64,000 nucleotides of DNA from an uncultured Candidatus Saccharibacteria bacterium. Its GTDB lineage: Bacteria; Patescibacteriota; Minisyncoccia; Portnoybacterales; UBA2143. This document shows positions 1 through 8,867 of this stretch, piece after piece. The stretch's first letter is position 1. Each line of letters begins with the position of its first letter. The notes under the pieces were generated by a model that saw only the letters and a program-made list of their open reading frames with translations, was not told the origin of the DNA and did not search any database. The position numbers and the translations under genes are program-made. The DNA lies in NCBI GenBank assembly GCA_964629675.1, contig CAZVUG010000005.1, positions 5,806 through 69,805 of the forward strand, in the 5' to 3' direction.

Positions 1-165
1 GCTTTGTTATTCTCCGTAATCTTGGCGCTTCTCTATGCTGTCTCTGATGAATTCCACCAAACTTTTATTCTCGGTCGCCACGGGACAATTACTGATATTT
101 TCATAGACAGCATTGGCATCTTTTTAGCTTCTGTCTGGTTTTTTATTTATAGAATTAAAAAATAG
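1..165 (+). CDS. 3' fragment of a membrane protein gene, VanZ-like C-terminus (partial; runs off the window start)
   Basis: Frame 1 is open from nt 1 to TAG at 163-165 and gives ...AVSDEFHQTFILGRHGTITDIFIDSIGIFLASVWFFIYRIKK. The DExxQxxxxGR segment and hydrophobic tail resemble VanZ-family proteins. Confidence 0.4.
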   Translation, partial: ALLFSVILALLYAVSDEFHQTFILGRHGTITDIFIDSIGIFLASVWFFIYRIKK

Positions 166-180
166 GCCGATGGCCTATTT
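163..180. terminator. Short stem-loop (TAGGCC-GAT-GGCCTA) between convergent gene ends, flanked by an A-run and a T-run; candidate bidirectional terminator
   Basis: A 6-bp perfect palindrome with a 3-nt loop read directly in the sequence; the T-run is only 3 nt, so it is weak. Confidence 0.3.
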
Positions 181-181
181 C

Positions 182-904
182 TTATCTCTCTTGCCAGAGC
201 TGTTTGAAAAAAGTCCGCAGTAATTTTAAAACAATTTTGTTCTCAATTAATAATCCCTTAACCGGAGAGAGGAGAATAACAGTTTTGTCGGAAAGAATAA
301 CAATTCCTTTAAATAATTCTTCATTAATTATTTTCCTTTTAAGATAAGGAAGGGTTAATTTCTGACTTGTGTTGGCAATTTCTTTAATAATAACTTTACC
401 TAATCTCTTTTTGATCTTTTGGTAAATAGCTTCTCTTTCCGAAGCTGGCCAGATTTTATTGTCAGTGATGAAGATATAGATCTGTTTGGCAGAAGTAGTT
501 GAAAATTCGTCTAATAAAGTTTCAATGCCGTTTTTTTCTTGAAAAAATCTAATTTCTTTTTCGCTTTTTAAGTAATATTTAGCTCTTAAAGCAGCAATAA
601 TCCTGATAAACTCTCTTTCTTTCTCTTGGATTTCTTTCTGCTGCCGGCGTAAAATTCCTAAGAGCTTGTCCGGGGATTCGGCAGTAAAATAATGGTGGCC
701 TTTTTCTTTAGACTCAATAATTAATTCTTTGTCCTTTAATTTCTTAACTACCTCATAAGCAGTTGGTCGGCTAATGCCGGCTTTCTGGGCAATTTTTTGC
801 ATAGAAGTATATCCTAACTCTAAAGCAGCGAAATAAACTCGCGCTTCTTTATCTGATAATCCTAATTTTCTTAATTCTAATGGTAAAATTTCTTCTTGTT
901 CCAT
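182..904 (-). CDS. TrmB-family HTH transcriptional regulator
   Basis: 240-aa ORF. The N-terminal LGLSDKEARVYFAALELGYTSMQKIAQKAGISRPTAYEVVKKLKDKELI matches the TrmB/ArsR winged-helix motif (xEAxVYxxLLxxGxxTxxEIAxxxGIxRxxVYxxLxxLxxKGLV). Divergent from hisS. Confidence 0.7.
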   Translation of the reverse strand: MEQEEILPLELRKLGLSDKEARVYFAALELGYTSMQKIAQKAGISRPTAYEVVKKLKDKELIIESKEKGHHYFTAESPDKLLGILRRQQKEIQEKEREFIRIIAALRAKYYLKSEKEIRFFQEKNGIETLLDEFSTTSAKQIYIFITDNKIWPASEREAIYQKIKKRLGKVIIKEIANTSQKLTLPYLKRKIINEELFKGIVILSDKTVILLSPVKGLLIENKIVLKLLRTFFKQLWQER

Positions 905-1003
905 GACTGCATTATACTGTCTTTTCTCGAAAAAGTAAACTTTTTAGATTGGATTTTTTTAATATTTGTTTTATGATATAGATATATTAATTTAAAAATA
1001 ATT

Positions 1004-2341
1004 ATGGATAAAAAAAATAAAACAATTAAGCCGGAATTATTAGGCGGCTTTCGTGATTTCTTGCCGGAAATAATGATTCCCCGAGAAGCGGTTATTGATA
1101 AAATCAAAAAAACGATGGGAAAGTTTGGCTTTTTGCCTTTGGATACTCCCTCTTTGGAAAGATCGGCTGTTTTAGGCACGGATAAAGACGAGTTTAAAAT
1201 GGAGGTTTATCGATTCAAGGATAATTTAGGCGAAGAAGGCCAAGATGTAACTTTGAGATTTGATTTAACAATTCCTCTCTCAAGAGTTATTGCCGCTAAT
1301 CCGGAATTAATTAAGCCGTTCAAAAGATATCAGTATGGCAAAGTTTTTCGCAAGGAAAAATCACAATCAGGCAGATATCGGGAATTTGCTCAAATTGATG
1401 CAGATATAGTTGGCAGCAATTCTGTTATGGCTGATATTGAGATTTTACAATTGATGTATCAGGTTATGAAAAATCTGGATATTGAGAATTTTGTTATTAG
1501 ATTTAATAACAGAAAAATTCTTAATGGCCTTCCGGAAAAAACTGGTTTTGATCCGCAAAAAGCAGAAAATGTTTTTAGGATATTAGATAAATTAGATAAA
1601 ATTGGTTTGGCAAAAGTAATTAAAGAGCTGCAAAGCGATTCTGAAGTAAGCTTGTCAGAAGAAAGCGTATCTAAAATACAAAAATTTCTTTCGTTAACCG
1701 GCAAAATTGATGAACTGAAAGAATTTTTTCAAGATATTTCTATTGCCCAAGAGGGAATTAAAGAATGCGAAGAAATTATAGAGGCCTTAACTAAATTGAA
1801 AATTCCAGAAAAGAATTGGCAATTTGATCTTTCTATTGCCAGGGGCTTAGGCTATTACACTGGTCCTGTTTTTGAAACAACTCTGACTGATATTCCAGAG
1901 ATAGGCTCGGTTTTTTCTGGAGGAAGATTTGATAATTTAATGATGAGATTTACTGGCGAGAAAATTCCAGCTACTGGAGCTTCTGTCGGTTTGGACCGTT
2001 TAATAGCAGCTTTAGAAAAATTAGGTAAATTACCGCAGAAAAAATATACAGCTAAGGTTTTTATTGCTAGAATTCAGAAAAAATTTGATGATGATTTATT
2101 GGCTTTAGCCAATGATTTAAGAGAAGCGGATGTTCCCACGGAAATTTTCTTGGGCAATTCGGAAGCTCCACTCAAAGAGCAGATTATTTATGTGGCTAAA
2201 AGAGAAATTCCTTATCTAGTTATTTTTGGCGAAGATGAAGCTAAGACAAATAAATTCAAGCTTAAAGATATGAATCAGCGAAAAGAAGAGCTATTAACAA
2301 GAGAAGAACTTATTGCTAGACTGTCTCAAGCTGAAATTTAA
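1004..2341 (+). CDS. hisS: Histidyl-tRNA synthetase
   Basis: 445 aa. Class II motifs (FRKEKSQSGRYREFAQIDADIVG, GLGYYTGPVFE, GGRFDNL). A C-terminal anticodon-binding domain is present, so this is HisRS rather than HisZ. Confidence 0.9.
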   Translation: MDKKNKTIKPELLGGFRDFLPEIMIPREAVIDKIKKTMGKFGFLPLDTPSLERSAVLGTDKDEFKMEVYRFKDNLGEEGQDVTLRFDLTIPLSRVIAANPELIKPFKRYQYGKVFRKEKSQSGRYREFAQIDADIVGSNSVMADIEILQLMYQVMKNLDIENFVIRFNNRKILNGLPEKTGFDPQKAENVFRILDKLDKIGLAKVIKELQSDSEVSLSEESVSKIQKFLSLTGKIDELKEFFQDISIAQEGIKECEEIIEALTKLKIPEKNWQFDLSIARGLGYYTGPVFETTLTDIPEIGSVFSGGRFDNLMMRFTGEKIPATGASVGLDRLIAALEKLGKLPQKKYTAKVFIARIQKKFDDDLLALANDLREADVPTEIFLGNSEAPLKEQIIYVAKREIPYLVIFGEDEAKTNKFKLKDMNQRKEELLTREELIARLSQAEI

Positions 2342-2381
2342 TACTTGTTTTTTATTTGTAATCGGTGTATAATTATTATAT

Positions 2382-2457
2382 GGTGCTCGTAGCTCAATTG
2401 GACAGAGCTCCAGATTGTGGCTCTGGTGGCTGCCGGTTCGAGTCCGGTCGAGCACCC
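2382..2457 (+). tRNA. tRNA-His (anticodon GTG) with encoded G-1 and C73
   Basis: Cloverleaf read by eye: G-1 + GTGCTCG acceptor, D-stem GCTC/GAGC, anticodon stem CCAGA/TCTGG with loop TTGTGGC, T-arm GCCGG-TTCGAGT-CCGGT, 3' CGAGCAC-C. The tRNA-His-specific G-1:C73 is present. Confidence 0.85.
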
Positions 2458-2470
2458 TTTTTTATTTAAG

Positions 2471-2977
2471 ATGAAACTTAAGCGGGATTTTTATTTAAGG
2501 CCAACTTTAAAAGTTGCCCAAGATCTAATTGGTAAATTTTTAATCCATCGTTATCGAGGTAAAATTTATCAAGGGGAAATTATTGAAACAGAAGCATATG
2601 CTGGTTTTAAAGATATGGCTAGTCATGGTGCTCGAGGAATAACTGAAAGAAACAAGATTATGTTTCAACAAGGAGGTATTGCTTACGTTTATTTAATTTA
2701 CGGTATTTATAACTGTCTTAATCTAGTCACTGAAAAAGAAGGCTATCCAGCAGCAGTTTTAATCAGGGGAATAGATTATCCTAAAGCTGATGGCCCAGGC
2801 AAATTATGCCGCGAATTTAAAATTACCAAAAAAAAACATAACGGCCTAGATTTAACTGGTAACGTCTTGTGGGTGGAAGATAAAGGATTTAAGCCAAAAA
2901 TCTACAAAGATAAAAGAGTCGGTATCGACTATGCTGGGGAATGCGCTAATTGGCTTTGGCGTTTCAAGAAGAAATAA
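2471..2977 (+). CDS. mpg: DNA-3-methyladenine glycosylase (Mpg/AAG family)
   Basis: Product MKLKRDFYLRPTLKVAQDLIGKFL...GEIIETEAYAGFKDMASHG...GGIAYVYLIYGIYNCLN matches the Mpg family signature. Start moved to ATG 2471 because the longer ORF (from 2417) would overlap the tRNA-His. Confidence 0.85.
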   Translation: MKLKRDFYLRPTLKVAQDLIGKFLIHRYRGKIYQGEIIETEAYAGFKDMASHGARGITERNKIMFQQGGIAYVYLIYGIYNCLNLVTEKEGYPAAVLIRGIDYPKADGPGKLCREFKITKKKHNGLDLTGNVLWVEDKGFKPKIYKDKRVGIDYAGECANWLWRFKKK

Positions 2978-3139
2978 AAGATATTTGTCAGATATTACTT
3001 TACATTAACTATATCTAAGAAACCACTTTAATAAGCGGTTTTTTTAATATATTTTTGCTTGTGGATAAATTTTGTCAGAAAGTACTTGACAGAGTTATAG
3101 AGAAAGAATAAGATAATACAAACTATTAAGAAAATAGAT

Positions 3140-3241
3140 ATGAATGAAATTCTTTTGATAATAACTATAGTATCTATTCCAGTTTTTTTAACTCTGGCAA
3201 TTTGGCTAGTAGGAAAATATTATCAAAAGAATAAAAAATAG
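3140..3241 (+). CDS. 33-codon hydrophobic micro-ORF (MNEILLIITIVSIPVFLTLAIWLVGKYYQKNKK) in the leader of the AAR-like gene; speculative
   Basis: Intact ORF with a single predicted TM helix and a basic C-terminus, downstream of a TTGACA(3086)-17nt-TAAGAT promoter-like pair. No strong SD. Confidence 0.2.
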   Translation: MNEILLIITIVSIPVFLTLAIWLVGKYYQKNKK

Positions 3242-3271
3242 TTATTTAAAAATTTAAAAAAGGAGGGAGTT

Positions 3272-4453
3272 ATGTTAATTTTGCAAACTTTATTGGCGGC
3301 AACTTGGAGATGTTTGGTTGCTTTATTTGATTGGCGGACTTTGTTAAGGAAGTTAAAGGGTCAGCCTGTAGTAGATGTAGTTTTTATCTCAAATATGAGA
3401 GACAGAACTGACCGAAAGCGTTTTTTAGGATTGTGGAGACCAAAATGCGGTCATTTTAATGGTCCTCGCTATTGGCTTAACGGAATAGTTGGGCGAACCA
3501 GAGCACTAGACGTTGTAACGGAAGATCTTAACAGCGAAGAAGGGCGGAAAAAGGCAAAGAAGTATTTTATTAGTGCGACATTCTGGGCTAAAAGAAATGG
3601 TGCTAAGGTGATACTTTTGGCGGCTAGTACCAAAAGAATTTTTGGTGAAGATGCTGCAGAGCTTAAAGAGCTTTTCCCAGAATTAACTTTTACCATCGGT
3701 GATAACGGAACTTTCCTCCTCTTGAGAGAAGAAACTCTTCGGGCGATTAAAAATGCTAAACTAAAACCGCCTTGCCGAATAGCCATTTTAGGGCCCTACG
3801 GTTTTCTGGGCGAAATGATGGTCAAAACTCTTAGTCAGATGGGCTATAATATGATCGGAGCTGGCCCTAATACTTCTGCATTGAAGAGGGTAGCTGAGAA
3901 TTATAAAATTGAAACTTGTCAAAATTTTGCCGAAATGGGAAAAGTTGATGCAATCGTAGCTTGCACCCACAGCGAGAAAATTAGGCTGAACAATGAGAGC
4001 ATAGAGCTGATCAGAAAACCAAATAAAAAATTGTTAGTCGTTGATGTTTCTGAGCCGGCTAATCTCCGCTATAAAGAATTCCAAAAATGCCGCAACGTTG
4101 TCATAAGACAAGATGCCGGTAACGCTTATTCTGAACATCTGAAGTATGTTTTAGGTGCAATTTCATACAAGATGTTTAGATTAACTAAGGGCGTAACGTT
4201 TGGCTGTTTTGCCGAAGCTTTGGCAATTAGGAGAAGTAATAAAAAAATAGATTGGCTAATAGTGAATGAATCAAACATGAAAATTATTAGCAATTTGTTT
4301 ACAAGGGAAGAAATTATTCCTCCTTCTCCAAGGTGTTTTGGCAAAAAAATTAATTCTTTTAATCTGAGCTTAAAAACTCAGATTAAAGATAAGAAATCGC
4401 AATTAACAAATTTAAAAATAGCGTTCGACAAAATAATGAACGTTATATTTTGA
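3272..4453 (+). CDS. Acyl-ACP reductase (AAR) family / shikimate-DH-like NAD(P)-binding protein; function uncertain
   Basis: 393 aa with a very strong SD (AAGGAGGGAGTT-ATG). Segments align by eye with cyanobacterial AAR: WAKRNGAKVILLAASTKRIF ~ HAQKHGIDISALGGFTSII; FTIGDNGTF ~ FTTGNTHTA; Rossmann CRIAILGPYGFLGEMM ~ ATVAVVGATGDIGSAV; C-terminal FGCFAEALAI ~ FACFAEAMLL. Confidence 0.65.
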   Translation: MLILQTLLAATWRCLVALFDWRTLLRKLKGQPVVDVVFISNMRDRTDRKRFLGLWRPKCGHFNGPRYWLNGIVGRTRALDVVTEDLNSEEGRKKAKKYFISATFWAKRNGAKVILLAASTKRIFGEDAAELKELFPELTFTIGDNGTFLLLREETLRAIKNAKLKPPCRIAILGPYGFLGEMMVKTLSQMGYNMIGAGPNTSALKRVAENYKIETCQNFAEMGKVDAIVACTHSEKIRLNNESIELIRKPNKKLLVVDVSEPANLRYKEFQKCRNVVIRQDAGNAYSEHLKYVLGAISYKMFRLTKGVTFGCFAEALAIRRSNKKIDWLIVNESNMKIISNLFTREEIIPPSPRCFGKKINSFNLSLKTQIKDKKSQLTNLKIAFDKIMNVIF

Positions 4454-4459
4454 AAAAGA

Positions 4460-4491
4460 GGGTATTTCTAAAATTAAGAAATACCCTTTTT
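4460..4491 (+). terminator. Rho-independent terminator (GGGTATTTCT-aaaatta-AGAAATACCC + TTTTTATTT)
   Basis: A 10-bp perfect stem with a 7-nt loop followed by a T-run, 7 nt after the stop codon. Confidence 0.75.
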
Positions 4492-4534
4492 ATTTACATA
4501 ATGCCGACAAAAGTTTAAAATATAAGAAAGTATT

Positions 4535-6766
4535 ATGTCTATTTCTACTTTATCATTTTTGCCTTTAATTAGTGCGGTATTTGTACTTTCTTTAGGAATC
4601 TTTGTTTTCCTAAAAAATAAAAAATCAAAACTAAATATTATTTTTTTTCTGCTTAGCATATCTTTTATTGTCTGGTTTTTCAGTACATTTATGATGTTTA
4701 TTTCCCAGACAGATAAGCAGGCTGTTTTTTGGGATAGAACGGTATATCTAGGAGTAATTTTTATTCCTATTTTGATGTATCATTTCAGTCTAGTATTTTC
4801 GAAAGCAAAAAATAATAAAAAACTTTATTTAGGATATTTATTAACATTTATTTTTGTTATTTTAAGTAGAACAGATTATTTTGTCGCTGGTTTATTTAAA
4901 TACGAATGGGGAGTGCATACAAAGGCAATGTTGTTGCATCATTTTTTCCTTATTTATTTCTCTACTTATCTCTTTTTCTTCTATTATAATATTTATAAAC
5001 ATTACCGAAAAACTAAAATAGGTATTGAACGTAATCAGGCAAAGTATATTTTTATCGCTTTCTTGGTATTGCTTTCTGGTTCTCTTGCTTATCTTCCTGC
5101 TTATGGAGTTGGAATTTATCCTTTTGCTTATTTATCGGGAATGGTATTTGTTGTTATTCTTGCTTATGCTATCTTAAAATATCGCCTAATGGATATCAGG
5201 ATAGTAGCAAAAAAGAGTACTGTTTTTACAACTCTTGTAATGATAATTACAGCTGCATATGTTTTGGCAGCTTTCTTGTTAAGTTGGGTAATATTTGGCG
5301 GCATCTATACTTTTAAATCACAAATTATTACTGGCTTGATTGTTGCTATCTTAGTAGCCTTAGGCTTTCGTCCTTTCTATAATTGGCTGAAAAAAATAAC
5401 TGACACATTCCTCTTTAAGGGGGAATATCGTCCGGCGGAATTAGTTGCTGATATTTCTGATATTCTTTCTCGAACTTTAAGTTTAAGAAAAATAATTGAA
5501 ATCTTAAAAGAAAAAATTAGCAATTCTCTCAGGCTAGAAAAAGTAGAAATACTAGTTTTAGGCGAAAAAAATATCAAGCTAAAAATTGGGAAAGAATCTC
5601 TGCAAAAAATTATTGATTATTTTAAAAAAGAAAGAGAAATTTTAATTCTCGAAGAGCTTAAGAGAAAGAAAGCTGAGAAAATATCATTTGTTGGCACAAT
5701 TCCTCCGATTAAACAATTAGAAAAAAATAAAATAGGATTAGTCGCCCCTCTCTTTATTAAGAATAAATTGGTTGGCATTTTCCTTCTTGGACCAAAAAAA
5801 TCAGGAGATATGTTTACTCCGGAAGATATCCAGACTTTAGAAATAATCAGTTCTCAAGCAGGCATTTCTATAGAAAACGCTCGCCTTTATCAAAAACAGA
5901 AAAATTTCTCGCAAACTCTGCAAAGGGAAGTAGATCGCCAGACTAAAAAATTAAGAGAAGCTTACGAAGAATTGAAAAAATTAGATAAAGCCAAAACTGA
6001 ATTTATTTCAATGGCTTCCCATCAATTAAGAACGCCAGTTTCAATCATGAAAGGCATAGCCTCCATGCTGATAGAGGGTGATTTAGAAAAGCTTCCCGAA
6101 CAAAAAAAGAATAATCTAATTCAAGGCTTATGGCGAAAAAGCTGCAAATTAGAAGAAGTTATTGATGATATTCTTAACGCAACAGAAATGACCAGTACTA
6201 CTTATCGAGTACAACAAGAAAAAGCAGAAAAGATTAATGTTGAAGAAATTATTAGAAAAATAATAGATGATTTTCAATCTATAATTAAAGAAAAGAACAT
6301 TGATTTAGTTCTAAAGAAACCTTCAATGGCTATTCCCAGAATTTACGGCCAAAAAGATTATTTGCAGGAAGCTTTAAGCAACTTGATAGACAATGCCATC
6401 AAGTATACTCCTTCGCTCCAGCAGAGAAAGGATATGGAAAACATTAAAATTAAAAAGGGGAAAATAGAAGTTTCTCTTGCCGGAAAAGAAGATAAAATAA
6501 TCGTTTCCATAAAAGATAATGGCATTGGCATTCCTCAAAAAGAGTTGCCTAAATTATTCCAGAGATTTTCTCGAGCCAATAATGCCAGGGATATGTATAC
6601 CGACGGTTCTGGCTTAGGGCTTTTTATTGTTAAAGAAATTGTTGAAGGGCATAACGGCAAAGCTTGGGTAGAGAGTAAGCTTGGTGAGGGAGCGACTTTC
6701 TTTGTCAGCTTGCCCCTTAATCTTTTTAAGGTAATAGATGTTAAAAAACACATTATCGAGAAATAA
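4535..6766 (+). CDS. Sensor histidine kinase: N-terminal 7TM domain + GAF-like + HisKA + HATPase_c
   Basis: 743 aa. About 7 hydrophobic helices in the first ~260 aa. H-box FISMASHQLRTP. N/G boxes LIDNAIKYTP, DNGIGIP, GSGLGLFIVKEIVEGHNGKAWVESKLGEGATF. Confidence 0.85.
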   Translation: MSISTLSFLPLISAVFVLSLGIFVFLKNKKSKLNIIFFLLSISFIVWFFSTFMMFISQTDKQAVFWDRTVYLGVIFIPILMYHFSLVFSKAKNNKKLYLGYLLTFIFVILSRTDYFVAGLFKYEWGVHTKAMLLHHFFLIYFSTYLFFFYYNIYKHYRKTKIGIERNQAKYIFIAFLVLLSGSLAYLPAYGVGIYPFAYLSGMVFVVILAYAILKYRLMDIRIVAKKSTVFTTLVMIITAAYVLAAFLLSWVIFGGIYTFKSQIITGLIVAILVALGFRPFYNWLKKITDTFLFKGEYRPAELVADISDILSRTLSLRKIIEILKEKISNSLRLEKVEILVLGEKNIKLKIGKESLQKIIDYFKKEREILILEELKRKKAEKISFVGTIPPIKQLEKNKIGLVAPLFIKNKLVGIFLLGPKKSGDMFTPEDIQTLEIISSQAGISIENARLYQKQKNFSQTLQREVDRQTKKLREAYEELKKLDKAKTEFISMASHQLRTPVSIMKGIASMLIEGDLEKLPEQKKNNLIQGLWRKSCKLEEVIDDILNATEMTSTTYRVQQEKAEKINVEEIIRKIIDDFQSIIKEKNIDLVLKKPSMAIPRIYGQKDYLQEALSNLIDNAIKYTPSLQQRKDMENIKIKKGKIEVSLAGKEDKIIVSIKDNGIGIPQKELPKLFQRFSRANNARDMYTDGSGLGLFIVKEIVEGHNGKAWVESKLGEGATFFVSLPLNLFKVIDVKKHIIEK

Positions 6767-6825
6767 AGAGTGGTGAATTATAAGATTTTGTAGTAATATT
6801 AATATTATTAATAGTAATTAAATAC

Positions 6826-7221
6826 ATGGAAACTAAAGGAAAAAATATAAAGAATAATAAAATACTTTTTATTGAAGATGACGCAGACCAAATCATGATT
6901 TACAAAAACAAATTTTCTTTGGAAGGTTTAGAATTAATTAGTGTTGAAGATAACAAAAATATTATAGAAACAGCTGATAAAGAAAAGCCTAGCTTAATTC
7001 TCCTAGACTTACTTTTAGGCAACGAGGATGGATTGGATATCCTAAAAAAATTAAAAGAAGAAGCGGCAACTAAAAATATACCGGTGATTACTTTTACTAA
7101 TTTTGATACTCCGGAAACGAGAAATAAATCAGTGCAATTAGGAGCTATTGATTATATTGTTAAAGCGCAAATTACCCCTAGTCAAATGGTTGAAAAAGTA
7201 AAAAGAATTTTAGAGAAGTAA
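6826..7221 (+). CDS. Stand-alone CheY-like response-regulator receiver domain
   Basis: 131 aa. Acidic pocket IEDDADQ, phospho-acceptor in LILLDLLLGNEDG, conserved T (VITFTNF) and K (YIVKAQ). No output domain. Its stop abuts the pilM start (TAA-ATG). Confidence 0.85.
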   Translation: METKGKNIKNNKILFIEDDADQIMIYKNKFSLEGLELISVEDNKNIIETADKEKPSLILLDLLLGNEDGLDILKKLKEEAATKNIPVITFTNFDTPETRNKSVQLGAIDYIVKAQITPSQMVEKVKRILEK

Positions 7222-8292
7222 ATGTTAAACCTTTCTCCTCATTCAGTTCTCGGGATAGACATCAGCGACCTTTCGATTAAAATCATTCAACTTGATAAAA
7301 AGAAAGGTAATTTAAGGTTGGTTAGCTTTTTGAAAGAAAAAATTCCGGCTGGCATAGTTGATGATGGAGTAATTGTTGATGAAGATAAGCTAGCTGAAGC
7401 ATTAAAAAGATCGTTCAAAAATATAAAAGGCGAATCATTATTAAATAAGGAAGCTATCTGCAATTTACCGGAAGAAAAAGTTTTTATTCGGATTATCCAA
7501 TTGCCTAAAATGAAAAAGGAAGAAATAGAACAGGCAGTTAGATTTGAAACGGAAGCGCATATCCCCTTAAGCATTAATGAAGTTTATTTAAGCTGGGAAG
7601 CTATTAATTCAACTAATGATCAGTCAAAAACGAATGTTTTAATTGCTGTTGCGCAGCACAAGTTAATAGATAGCTACGTTAGGGTTTTTAAAAAAAGCGG
7701 TTTGCGCTTAATTGCTTTAGAGCCAGAATCATTAGGAGTAATCAGAAGCTTAGTTAAATCGAATGATCTCAAGCCAACCATTATTTTAGATCTGGGTGCT
7801 ACGGGAACTAATTTTGTTATTTTTTCTGGCGGAGCAATCCGTTTTACTTCGCAGGTATCTATTTCTGGCCAAGACTTTAATAAGGCTATCATGAAAGATC
7901 TAAAAGTAGACCAAAAAGAAGCAGACAAGTTAAAAATTAAAGTTGGTTTAGATAGCAGCAAAAAAGAAGTCTATAAATCTCTAGAACCAATTGTTAATAA
8001 GCTGGCAATTCATGTCCAAGAGTATATTAATTTTTACCATCAGCATAGTGATTCTAGCGTTGAAAAAGATAAACAAATTAACCAAGTTTTGCTTTGCGGC
8101 GGAGATTCTCTCTTGATTAATTTGCCGTCTTTTATGGAAAGTAAATTGGGTATTCCAGTTAAATTAGGTGATCCTTTAATTAATCTTTCTTGCTCGCCGA
8201 AAGACCTTTCAGCAGTTAAAAAAGAAAGTTTTTCTAAAAAAAGAGCTTTAGTTTACGCAACAGCTATTGGTTTGGCTCTAAGGAATTTTTAA
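7222..8292 (+). CDS. pilM: Type IV pilus assembly protein PilM (actin-like ATPase fold)
   Basis: 356 aa. The N-terminal VLGIDISDLSIKIIQL is typical of PilM, and the architecture resembles FtsA/PilM. Confidence 0.8.
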   Translation: MLNLSPHSVLGIDISDLSIKIIQLDKKKGNLRLVSFLKEKIPAGIVDDGVIVDEDKLAEALKRSFKNIKGESLLNKEAICNLPEEKVFIRIIQLPKMKKEEIEQAVRFETEAHIPLSINEVYLSWEAINSTNDQSKTNVLIAVAQHKLIDSYVRVFKKSGLRLIALEPESLGVIRSLVKSNDLKPTIILDLGATGTNFVIFSGGAIRFTSQVSISGQDFNKAIMKDLKVDQKEADKLKIKVGLDSSKKEVYKSLEPIVNKLAIHVQEYINFYHQHSDSSVEKDKQINQVLLCGGDSLLINLPSFMESKLGIPVKLGDPLINLSCSPKDLSAVKKESFSKKRALVYATAIGLALRNF

Positions 8293-8296
8293 TAAT

Positions 8297-8857
8297 ATGA
8301 TTAGACTAAATCTTTTGCCTCCTCAAGAAAAAAAAGAGATAGAATTTTTACGTTTTTTCCGCTTGATAGCTTCTTTGGGAATTTGGCTAACTGTTATCCT
8401 TATTATTTTTAGCCTAATTTTAGTAAGCGCTTTTTTCTCATTAGATTTGCTTTTAGATTCTCAGCAAGAATTAATAGAAACTAGGAAGCAAGAAGAAAAA
8501 AATCAAAGCTTAGCTCAGATTGAAGAAAGAATTAATCAAGCTAATAGCAATATTAGTAAGATTTTTCTCAAACAGCAAGGAATAATTCTTTGGACATTAA
8601 TTCTTGAAGAATTGACCGAAATTATTCCGGAAGGTCTTTCACTTGATCTTCTTTCTTCAAGTAAAGAAAGTAGAAAAATTAAACTGAATGGCTTTTCTCC
8701 TGATAGGGATAAGCTTCTTGTTTTCGCAGAATCTTTGAAGCAAAGTTCTTATTTTCAAGACATAGAATCGCCTTTAAGCAATTTAATCAAGCAAAAAGAT
8801 ATAGATTTTACTCTTAATTTTTTGATTGCTTCGACTTCAGCAAAAATAAAAGATTGA
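8297..8857 (+). CDS. pilN: Type IV pilus assembly protein PilN
   Basis: 186 aa. The N-terminal IRLNLLPPQEKKE (INLLP motif), a single TM helix and a periplasmic coiled-coil. Confidence 0.65.
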   Translation: MIRLNLLPPQEKKEIEFLRFFRLIASLGIWLTVILIIFSLILVSAFFSLDLLLDSQQELIETRKQEEKNQSLAQIEERINQANSNISKIFLKQQGIILWTLILEELTEIIPEGLSLDLLSSSKESRKIKLNGFSPDRDKLLVFAESLKQSSYFQDIESPLSNLIKQKDIDFTLNFLIASTSAKIKD

Positions 8858-8867
8858 ATATTTTAAA

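Noticed and set aside
877-1179. 100-aa minus-strand ORF overlapping the hisS start and divergent promoter region
   Set aside because: Low-complexity, AT-rich shadow ORF opposite a confidently called gene, with no RBS; typical spurious ORF in AT-rich DNA.
2417-2470. Longer start for the mpg ORF (MALVAAGSSPVEHPFLF...)
   Set aside because: That N-terminal extension is simply the translation of the tRNA-His gene; the conserved Mpg sequence begins at ATG 2471.
2978-3085. Weak hairpin + T7 (AACCACTTTAATAAGCGGTTTTTTT) after mpg as a terminator
   Set aside because: Only about 4 bp pair cleanly, so it is not convincing as an intrinsic terminator. It may still contribute to termination ahead of the AAR-like unit.
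3469-4344. Three minus-strand ORFs (105, 60 and 72 aa) inside the AAR-like gene
   Set aside because: Antisense to a well-supported CDS; Ser/Leu-rich low-complexity translations.
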